IMG/VR virus record: IMGVR_UViG_3300032095_000033
Location: 1 to 59,644 of that record
DNA length: 59,644 nucleotides
Direction: 5' to 3' (one strand)
Source of the DNA: a virus
Taxonomy: Duplodnaviria > Caudoviricetes
Part shown: positions 24,973 to 32,118 of the stretch, piece after piece
How positions within the stretch are numbered: the stretch's first letter is position 1
Layout of the letters: every line of letters begins with the position of its first letter
The notes under the pieces: model-generated
What the model saw: the letters and a program-made list of their open reading frames with translations, nothing else
What the model was told of the DNA's origin: nothing
Database searches by the model: none
Translations under genes and position numbers: made by a program

Positions 24973-25394
24973 TAGAAGGGCACCTGGTCATTGGTGAAGC
25001 GATCGAGCCGTTCCTCGCACCAACGGGGCCCTGCTTGATTAATCGTGTCGCTGAACCGTTCCAGCTGGTCGGCCGTCATGCTGGGGTTCCGTTCGACCAG
25101 CAGCATCAGGTAGCGCGCTGCGAGGCCACGATTGCCGCAGTCCCAGCCCGCGCGTGCTTCCGCCTCACCAGGGCGAGAACTTCCCTCTAAGGGCGTGAGG
25201 AAATGTGTCGGTTGAGGCTGAATTTCGCTACCAATCCGCCCATCGGTAACATCGCCGTAGCACCATGCTCCGTGGTCGTAGAATGCCTTCCCCCAGACTT
25301 TGCCGTCACCGACAAAATACGCCGTGCCGGGGAGCGGTTTCAGCGCGGTGATCGGGTGCGGCACGACTTGCCAATCGCATTGGGTTTTCATCAC
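24972..25394 (-). CDS. Hypothetical protein
   Basis: ORF in operon, AGGAG RBS. Confidence 0.5.
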   Translation of the reverse strand: MMKTQCDWQVVPHPITALKPLPGTAYFVGDGKVWGKAFYDHGAWCYGDVTDGRIGSEIQPQPTHFLTPLEGSSRPGEAEARAGWDCGNRGLAARYLMLLVERNPSMTADQLERFSDTINQAGPRWCEERLDRFTNDQVPF

Positions 25395-25627
25395 TTGCTC
25401 CTGGGGGTTGCGCCGCGCAGGCCGATTTCATCGGCATAGGTTTCCAGGCGGCGGAGGGCGGCCGTGTGGCGGTCGATGCGGGACATCAGGCGACGCCACA
25501 TATGGTCGCGGGCTTCGGTGAGGTGCTGGAGTTCCCGGCGTTCCGCCGGGGTCAGATTGGATCGCCGCTCCAGCGCGGTGATCCGACGGTCACGATGGCG
25601 GGCCTGGTTGAGCGCGCCGGGGGTCAT
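25391..25627 (-). CDS. Hypothetical protein
   Basis: Short basic helical ORF in operon. Confidence 0.5.
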   Translation of the reverse strand: MTPGALNQARHRDRRITALERRSNLTPAERRELQHLTEARDHMWRRLMSRIDRHTAALRRLETYADEIGLRGATPRSK

Positions 25628-25629
25628 GG

Positions 25630-25839
25630 TCAGAGGCGTCCCTGCGCCCAGGCGATGGCGATCCGGGCGAGCATCATCAGCACCAGGCCGCCTGCCGTGA
25701 CGGTCATGAGGTGCGAGAACAGGGGCTCGATCCGACGGGCCAGGCGCTGGGCATCGGTGTGCAGCCACATCGACAGCGACATGCGCTGGAGCCGGTGCAT
25801 TTCGACCGGGAACAGGATGCGCAGGACGAGCGGGATCAT
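25630..25839 (-). CDS. Small membrane protein
   Basis: C-terminal TM; coupled. Confidence 0.5.
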   Translation of the reverse strand: MIPLVLRILFPVEMHRLQRMSLSMWLHTDAQRLARRIEPLFSHLMTVTAGGLVLMMLARIAIAWAQGRL

Positions 25840-26198
25840 CGTCCGGCCGCCTTGCGCAGGGCGGCGTCGGCTTGCTCCGCTGCCTGATCGCGAATTTCGG
25901 CAACCGTCTTGAGCAGCTGGTTAGCAAACTCCTCGGCATCGTCGGCCGAGAAAGTACGTAACAGCGCCATCCCATCCGCCATTCCCGGCGGTGCATCCGC
26001 GTACGTCACGAGCGAGATCGCGCCGTCGCGATAATCGGCCGTGCCGGGCTTGGTCACGGTGGCGATCGCACAGCCATGGGCGGGGAAGCACCAATAGGTT
26101 TCATCGCGGACGCTGATGCGCTGCGGACCGACTCCCAAAGGTTGATCATTGCGCACTTCGGTCGCGCCCGCCACGAATTTGACCGGACGCGCCTTCAT
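25836..26198 (-). CDS. Hypothetical protein
   Basis: ATGA coupling; C-terminal helix resembles that of the upstream gene. Confidence 0.55.
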   Translation of the reverse strand: MKARPVKFVAGATEVRNDQPLGVGPQRISVRDETYWCFPAHGCAIATVTKPGTADYRDGAISLVTYADAPPGMADGMALLRTFSADDAEEFANQLLKTVAEIRDQAAEQADAALRKAAGR

Positions 26199-26548
26199 GG
26201 CCGGCCCCCCTTCGCGATCCGGGCCAGCAGCTGGTCCGCTGATTGCTTGGCCAGGGCGTCGACCTGATCCGCTGCCTCGAGCAGCTGCGAGGCGAGCTGG
26301 CGGGCGTCGTCGGTCGTGGGCAGGAATTCCATGCCCATCGCTGGTTTGCCGCAGCCGCATTCGCAGGGAGGCAGCAAGAGCGCGATCGTGACCGACGTGT
26401 CGTCCATCGCGGTGCCGACCATGACCGATACCGCATGGTGGATACGATAAGTGCCACCGGGGATGCTGACGAGGTAGGGCGGGCGGTATGCGACAGGATC
26501 GCCTTCGGTCGTGGACAGGACAGTCGCATTGATCGGTTGGTCGGCCAT
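26195..26548 (-). CDS. Hypothetical protein
   Basis: CECGCG motif; GGAGG RBS. Confidence 0.55.
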   Translation of the reverse strand: MADQPINATVLSTTEGDPVAYRPPYLVSIPGGTYRIHHAVSVMVGTAMDDTSVTIALLLPPCECGCGKPAMGMEFLPTTDDARQLASQLLEAADQVDALAKQSADQLLARIAKGGRP

Positions 26549-26697
26549 CACGCCACCTCCCGGACGAGGATGTCCGCGCATTCGAGGATCTCGACCAGGC
26601 GGCGGGCATATTGGTTGGCCAGCTTGTCCTTGCCGCATTGCTTGTAGGCGATGGCCTTTGCCATCGCTTGCGCGGCCGCGCTGCGATCGATGTTCAT
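26548..26697 (-). CDS. Hypothetical protein
   Basis: AMAKAIAYKQCGK; GGAGG RBS. Confidence 0.55.
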   Translation of the reverse strand: MNIDRSAAAQAMAKAIAYKQCGKDKLANQYARRLVEILECADILVREVA

Positions 26698-27083
26698 GCC
26701 CGGCCTCCGGTGCTGGCGAAGAGGTGGCCCAGATTGGCGTTCAGGCGGCTGTCGACGGCGACGCGTTCGGCATCGCGGACGGAAGCCTGTGCGCCCGGGG
26801 GGAGTTGTTCGTCGAACCAGGCGTCGACGGCGGGCATGGCCCATTTGCTGCGGCGGCCGACCTTGGCGGTCAGGCGGCCGCCCTTCACCAGCGGGAAGGG
26901 CTTCGGGAAGTTCGCCTGCGCGATCAGGCCGTCAATCTGGCGACAGATCCACGGGATGCTGCGATCGGCATAGCCCATGCGGCCAGCGATATCGAAGATA
27001 CCGCAGGTATGAGCGTTGCGGGGGTTGTTGGCGGCCAATGCCGCATGGGTCAGCGGCGTTGGCAGGACTGCGACGTTCGGCAT
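26694..27083 (-). CDS. First PL gene; possible Xis/AlpA-like DNA-binding protein
   Basis: NFPKPFP...KWAMPAVDAWFD winged-helix-like motif. Confidence 0.55.
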   Translation of the reverse strand: MPNVAVLPTPLTHAALAANNPRNAHTCGIFDIAGRMGYADRSIPWICRQIDGLIAQANFPKPFPLVKGGRLTAKVGRRSKWAMPAVDAWFDEQLPPGAQASVRDAERVAVDSRLNANLGHLFASTGGRA

Positions 27084-27115
27084 GGCCGGGCTCCGTTCGG
27101 TTGTGAACGGGCTAA

Positions 27116-27156
27116 ATATGCTCCTCCGGCATAATATGTCAACATGACATATTATG
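27116..27156 (-). promoter_or_regulatory. PL promoter with two tandem operators
   Basis: TTGACA at 27137-27142 (minus); ATATG-N9-CATAW at 27116-27134 and 27134-27152; 11-bp perfect inverted repeat 27130-27156. Confidence 0.7.
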
Positions 27157-27209
27157 TGCCGTTCAATAATGCGGTGCCGCCTTTGATCGAGCGGTGTCAC
27201 ATTCAGGGC

Positions 27210-27839
27210 ATGCCTGTCATGCGCTTCGCTCTCGGTTCGGCTGTGTCATTTGCCGTCTTACTGTGGATGCTGCCACCAGGTGAGGGGCTGCGCTGTCGTG
27301 ACGGCTGGCCATCTCAATCGATTGGCCTCGCTGGCGCGTGTTCCTATCATGGTGGGGTGCAAAGGCGGGTAGACTGGCGCCTCCTGCCGATTTCAATCAT
27401 TGCGCTCCTCGCTGGAGCGGGAACGGCTTCACTGGCGAAGAAAGCCAAGCCGGTCAGGCCAGTACCCGACGACGCTAGGATGGCCGATGGCGAGCAAGAC
27501 CCGAGATGTCCGGCCTGTGGCAGCGCCATGAAGCTTCGGATTGCCAAGCGAGGCAAAAATGCGGGGGAATACTTCCTGGGCTGCGAGCGATATCCACAGT
27601 GCTACGGTGCCAATGACGCGACCAACCGCGTCATTGCCAAAGACTTAAGACGTCAGATTGCCCAGGCGGGATTGCCGGTGCCGCTTGATGCGACCGATGA
27701 CGAGGTCATTGAAACTACGCGGCTGTACGCTGCGGATCTTCCTGATCTGAAACTGCCTGAGCGCTGGCGAGAAGAAAGTGCTGCGCGTCGCGCGAACTCG
27801 ATCGAAATGCCTCCAGCAGCGCCTTTTCCTGAGGGTTGA
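27210..27839 (+). CDS. Membrane protein with DUF3761-like Cys loop and topoisomerase-type C4 Zn ribbon
   Basis: TM-CRDGW..GACSYHGGV-TM then CPACGSAMKLRIAKRGKNAGEYFLGCERYPQC. Confidence 0.7.
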   Translation: MPVMRFALGSAVSFAVLLWMLPPGEGLRCRDGWPSQSIGLAGACSYHGGVQRRVDWRLLPISIIALLAGAGTASLAKKAKPVRPVPDDARMADGEQDPRCPACGSAMKLRIAKRGKNAGEYFLGCERYPQCYGANDATNRVIAKDLRRQIAQAGLPVPLDATDDEVIETTRLYAADLPDLKLPERWREESAARRANSIEMPPAAPFPEG

Positions 27840-28050
27840 GGCGCTCGGGGTTATCGTCATCCGCAAGTAGGTCGGCAGGAGAGCAGCCCAGTTCGCGGGC
27901 GATCACACGCATCTCAGCGAGCCTCAGCGGGCGGCGACCATTCTCGTAATTGCTAATGCGATCCTGGGCAAAGCCAGTGCGGTCGGCCAGCTGCTCCTGC
28001 GTGAGACCAGCTGCCTTTCGTAGTTGGCGGATGCGATTACCCGGATGCAT
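27715..28050 (-). CDS. CI-like XRE repressor without peptidase domain
   Basis: NRIRQLRKAAGLTQEQLADRTGFAQDRISNYENG HTH; divergent from cro-like gene. Confidence 0.85.
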   Translation of the reverse strand: MHPGNRIRQLRKAAGLTQEQLADRTGFAQDRISNYENGRRPLRLAEMRVIARELGCSPADLLADDDNPERLNPQEKALLEAFRSSSRDAQHFLLASAQAVSDQEDPQRTAA

Positions 28051-28059
28051 TTGGTAGAT

Positions 28060-28133
28060 ATATGCCACGGGAGCATATTCTGCCCCCTCAGAGTCGTCAT
28101 GTCCATTGACTAAATATGACACTGCGGCATAAT
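28060..28133 (+). promoter_or_regulatory. PR promoter and OR operators
   Basis: TTGACT-16-CATAAT (28106-28133); ATATG-N9-CATAW at 28060-28078 and 28114-28132. Confidence 0.65.
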
Positions 28134-28173
28134 TCCCGTTATTCACTCCCTTACAGAGAGATGGCGGGTTCTG

Positions 28174-28425
28174 GTGAAGCTGGTCGAATGGCGCAAAAAG
28201 GAAGGAAAGACCCAGGGCTGGGTTGCGTCCGAGCTTGGCGTTGACCAGTCCTACATCAGTCGTATCGAGCGTTCCCAGGACCCCATCGTTCCGGGGCCCG
28301 AATTGATGGAGCGCATCTACTGCCTCACCAACGGTGAGGTCGAACCCAACGATTTTTATGATGTGCCTCGCTGGCGGCGCGCCGTGCGCGCGGCCCTGGC
28401 TCTTGTCACGCGCCGCGCCGCATGA
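28174..28425 (+). CDS. Cro-like HTH regulator
   Basis: TQGWVASELGVDQSYISRIE...TNGEVEPNDFY. Confidence 0.85.
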   Translation: MKLVEWRKKEGKTQGWVASELGVDQSYISRIERSQDPIVPGPELMERIYCLTNGEVEPNDFYDVPRWRRAVRAALALVTRRAA

Positions 28426-28838
28426 CGGAAACGGCACCACATTCGACGACATTGGACGTTCTCCCGAGTGCGCGGGAGGCCGGACGGCGTTCCCGTTCTG
28501 TTCCGAATATCGACGGGAAATCTCCAACACGTCAACAGGTTAATTTGCATCAGATCGGCACGGGTATCGTTCTCCCATCCCAAGACCCCGTGCCGGGGCG
28601 GACGCGCTCCCCTGTCGCGTCCGCCCATTTCTCCGCCGCTGCCTGTTCAGCGGCGTCGAGCGTCACCGGCGGGGGGCTGGGCGGCGCCCCCGCCGGTGTC
28701 TGCGTGGCGGCTGTGGCATGAGCCCGTCGCATCGTTTCCCGGCCGCCGTGCATGACGAGGCCATGATCCGGCATGAGATCGGCGGCATAGCCTATGACGC
28801 GCTGCTGGCCCGCCGCGCAGCGCGCAAGGCCGGTCGTC

Positions 28839-29099
28839 CTATCGACCAAATTCCCTACGGCTCGCCTGAAGCAGGCGCGTCGCCAGCTGGTCGAACGCCT
28901 CTTGCATATCTGCGCGCCCTCGTTCGGAGGGCGATATCGTGGCGTCGTTGAGCTCGTTCAGCTTTTCGGCCCAGAGCGTAACCCGTTCGGGCGTCCACTG
29001 CGCCCCGACGTGTTCGCAGACCAGCCGTTCGAGTGCGGATACCCGCGCGAACAACCGGTTCGTCATCGCATCGCGTTCGGCGTTGCCATCTTCTGACAT
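28839..29099 (-). CDS. Antisense hypothetical protein (moron)
   Basis: GGGAG RBS, 86 aa, helical globular composition. Confidence 0.5.
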   Translation of the reverse strand: MSEDGNAERDAMTNRLFARVSALERLVCEHVGAQWTPERVTLWAEKLNELNDATISPSERGRADMQEAFDQLATRLLQASRREFGR

Positions 29100-29168
29100 C
29101 GAGTCGTCTCCCGTTGGATTGGTCGTCGCACGGTGCCCCCGGGTGGTCGCGTCGACAAGGATCGCCGC

Positions 29169-29426
29169 ATGACCGCCCCGACCCTTTCGCGCGGCGGCCA
29201 GGCGCTGGCGCGGTGGCTGGTCACCGGCGACGGCAAGCGGGCCAGCTCGACGGCGATGACGCGGTCGCGGTTGCGCGGGTTCGTCCGGCGCACGCGGATG
29301 TCGACCTTCATGCTGGAGCGGCTGCTGGAGGGCGCGGTGGTGCCCGCCAGTGACGAGGCGATCGTGATCGCGCGGGTGACCAAGGGCGCGGTGAAACCGG
29401 AAGACTGGGAGGTGCAGGGGGCATGA
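29169..29426 (+). CDS. Second Cro-like / HTH protein
   Basis: VPASDEAIVIARVTKGAVKPEDW resembles a Cro-type C-terminus. Confidence 0.55.
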   Translation: MTAPTLSRGGQALARWLVTGDGKRASSTAMTRSRLRGFVRRTRMSTFMLERLLEGAVVPASDEAIVIARVTKGAVKPEDWEVQGA

Positions 29427-30334
29427 GGATGATGCGGGCTATGCTGGCGGCCGGGGTCGCCATGATGGTGGCGGCGCCGATCGCGGCGCAGTCGACCTTC
29501 CCGACGCGGGCCAGTGGTGTGCGCGCGGGCGGATCGGTGCTGATGATTTGCGACGCGAACGCGTCGAATTGCGCGCCCGCCGCGCCGACCAATCCGATGC
29601 CGGTGACCGCCATGGGTGGCGGTGCGTCGTCGAGCGCGACCAGCCAGTCGGTGGTCCCGGCAACGGACAGCGCGCCCTTCCCGGTGGTCGGCAATGTCGC
29701 GGCCGGGAGTGCGGACAGCGGTGCGCCGGTCAAGATCGGCGGGGTGGTCACCACCAATCTGGGCTTTTCGGCTGACGGCGTTCGGGTCGACCTGATTACC
29801 GACAGCCGTCGGCAGTTGCGGGTGGTGGCTGGCGGCGCGGCGCAGGCACCGGTCGACACCGGTACGCAGGTCTTCCTGTCCTATCCGCCCGGTGTGGGCT
29901 CCGGATCGGCTTTTCCGTCGGGCTCCCTGGGCTATGTCTGGAACGGCAGCAATGTCATCGCGGCGCGGGGCGACGCCAGCGGCACGTTCATCGGCGCGAG
30001 CCAGTTCTGGACGGAAAGCACGGCCGCGCTGGCGGCGTCCGGCACGCTGACCGGCACGCTGCGCAGCAACGGCGGCACGGCAGGCGGTGTGGGATCGCGC
30101 TTCGCGTTCTTCACGGCCAGCGCGTTTAGCGATGTGGCGGGCGGCACGCTGTATGTCGACGTCACGGTCGATGGCGGCACGACGTGGCGCCAGGTCGGAT
30201 CGGTGGCGCTGGTGGCGGGATCGTCCGCCACGTTGAAGGTGCCGGTGACGGCGGCCGGATATCGCGGGCGGGTGGCCAATGGCGCGAATGCGCAAGGCGC
30301 GGCGCTGGTCACGACCAGCTATTCGGTGAACTGA
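29423..30334 (+). CDS. Secreted beta-rich hypothetical protein
   Basis: Sec signal ending APIAA-Q; Gly/Ser/Thr-rich; ATGA coupling. Confidence 0.75.
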   Translation: MRMMRAMLAAGVAMMVAAPIAAQSTFPTRASGVRAGGSVLMICDANASNCAPAAPTNPMPVTAMGGGASSSATSQSVVPATDSAPFPVVGNVAAGSADSGAPVKIGGVVTTNLGFSADGVRVDLITDSRRQLRVVAGGAAQAPVDTGTQVFLSYPPGVGSGSAFPSGSLGYVWNGSNVIAARGDASGTFIGASQFWTESTAALAASGTLTGTLRSNGGTAGGVGSRFAFFTASAFSDVAGGTLYVDVTVDGGTTWRQVGSVALVAGSSATLKVPVTAAGYRGRVANGANAQGAALVTTSYSVN

Positions 30335-30336
30335 CG

Positions 30337-30708
30337 ATGCCGTGGCGCTCGCTGATCGCGGTGCTGTGCGTCGGGGCTTCGGCTCCGGCGGTGGGGCAAT
30401 GCTATCGCGATGGTTTGCCGTGCGTGGCGACGACGTGGATCAAGCAGACCGACGTCACGCTGGACAGCAGCGGCAACGCGACCTGGGCCTTCGATCCGTC
30501 CGACCCGCCGCCCGTCGTGCCCGCGATCGTGCATTTGCCCCGCGCGGCCGACGCGACCAATCCGATCATCTGCAACTGGATGAGCCGCTCCACGACGTCG
30601 GTGACGGTGCATTGCTGGCGGACCAACCTGTCGGGCCTTTTGGGGGCGTTGTTCAGCGGATCGATCGCGGGATCGCAGGTCACGCTGGTGGCGCGGGCGA
30701 TCCCGTGA
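30337..30708 (+). CDS. Secreted Cys-containing hypothetical protein
   Basis: Signal ending APAVG-Q; four Cys in the mature part; stop overlaps the primase GTG. Confidence 0.65.
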   Translation: MPWRSLIAVLCVGASAPAVGQCYRDGLPCVATTWIKQTDVTLDSSGNATWAFDPSDPPPVVPAIVHLPRAADATNPIICNWMSRSTTSVTVHCWRTNLSGLLGALFSGSIAGSQVTLVARAIP

Positions 30709-31829
30709 CCTATCCCGCCGCCATCAGCGTTCGCGAGATCGAGATGCAGGCGCGCGGCCGTGCCGAGGCGATCGGTCGCGCGTGCCTGCCTGGCGCGATC
30801 AAGGATGGCCATTACCTGAAGGCCGGGTCGATCGCCGGCGAGCGCGGCGGGTCGCTGGTGCTCAACCTGGCAGGATCGAACCGGGGGATGTGGCGCGACT
30901 GGTCGTCGAACGACCAGGGCGACATGATCGGGCTGGTCGAGATGACCCGGTTCGGTGGCGATCGCGGCCAGGCCGTGGCCTGGGTCAAGAGCTTCCTGGG
31001 GCTGGACGACCTCGACCCCGCCCGCCTGCAGGTGGTGCGGGCACAGGCCGCGAAGGCGGATGCGCGGGCCGAAGCGGACGCGGCGCGGGAGGCCGAGGCG
31101 AAGAAGCGCGGCGCGCGGGCGCTGTGGCTGAACGCCCAGCCGATCGAGGGCAGCCCGGCCGCGCATTATCTGGAGGGGCGGGGCATCACCCTGGCGGCGC
31201 TGGGACGCTGGCCTGGCGCGCTGCGTTACCATTCGGAAGTCTGGAACCGCGATGCGGGCGTCAAGCTGCCTGCGATGCTGGCGCAGATGATCCTGCCGAC
31301 CGGCGAGCATGTGGCGACGCACCGGACGTTCCTAGGGCGTTGTCCCCGCACCCGGCGCTGGGTGAAGGCAGAGGCGGCCGATCTGGGGGTGCCGCGCGGG
31401 CAGTCGAAGAAGATGCTCGGGCAGTCGCGCGGGGCGTTCGTGCCGCTGCGCAAAGGCGTGTCGGGCCAGTCGATGGGCCAGATGCGGCGGCCGGAGGCGA
31501 TTTATACCGCCGAAGGGATCGAGAATGCGCTGTCGGGGGCGGTCATGAAGCCCGACGCGCGGGTCATCGCGACCTATTCGCTGGGCAATCTGGGCTTGAT
31601 CGAGTTTCCCAAGCTGATCGAAACGATCGTCCACATGAAGGATGACGACGCCGCGCCGATCGGCGCCGACGCCGTCGAGCTGGCGAAGGCCCAGCGCAAG
31701 ATCGAGGCGCTGGAACGCGCCGTGTCCAAACAACAAGCGCGCGGCCATCGCGTCCAGTTCGTCCTGCCCCCGCCCGGGCTTAAGGACATGAATGACTGGC
31801 TGATGGCCACGCTGGAGGAAGCCGCGTGA
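30705..31829 (+). CDS. DNA primase-like protein (N-terminal domain plus Toprim)
   Basis: GMWRDW, YLEGRGI, THRTFL, AEGIENALS, KDDD, KDMND. Confidence 0.85.
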   Translation: MTYPAAISVREIEMQARGRAEAIGRACLPGAIKDGHYLKAGSIAGERGGSLVLNLAGSNRGMWRDWSSNDQGDMIGLVEMTRFGGDRGQAVAWVKSFLGLDDLDPARLQVVRAQAAKADARAEADAAREAEAKKRGARALWLNAQPIEGSPAAHYLEGRGITLAALGRWPGALRYHSEVWNRDAGVKLPAMLAQMILPTGEHVATHRTFLGRCPRTRRWVKAEAADLGVPRGQSKKMLGQSRGAFVPLRKGVSGQSMGQMRRPEAIYTAEGIENALSGAVMKPDARVIATYSLGNLGLIEFPKLIETIVHMKDDDAAPIGADAVELAKAQRKIEALERAVSKQQARGHRVQFVLPPPGLKDMNDWLMATLEEAA

Positions 31830-31840
31830 CCAAATTTCGG

Positions 31841-32059
31841 CTATTGCCGCTTGACCGTTTTGACACCGATTATCTTGTCGAGGCGGATATAGTATTTGTC
31901 CGCCAAGCATCGGATTTCCGCGAAGTCGTCGACTTGTGTGATCATCGTTATGACGAGATCGTCCTGTCGACCGTCGATCATGAGGCTGACAATTTCACCC
32001 GGCGATTGCAGAGCGCTTTTTGCGCGCTCTATCACCTTTGCCTCTACTTTGTCTTCCAT
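31841..32059 (-). CDS. Antisense small hypothetical protein (moron)
   Basis: AAGGGAG RBS, lower GC, beta-rich C-terminus YYIRLDKIIGVK. Confidence 0.55.
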   Translation of the reverse strand: MEDKVEAKVIERAKSALQSPGEIVSLMIDGRQDDLVITMITQVDDFAEIRCLADKYYIRLDKIIGVKTVKRQ

Positions 32060-32118
32060 ATCCATCTCCCTTTCGAGCGTGCGCATAGCAACATCCAGTC
32101 CTGTGCGCGAGCCGCTGC

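Noticed and set aside
28422-28951. ORFs 28422-28721 and 28718-28951 as confident genes
   Set aside because: Coupled overlaps suggest they may be translated, but low-complexity sequence and no motifs give too little support
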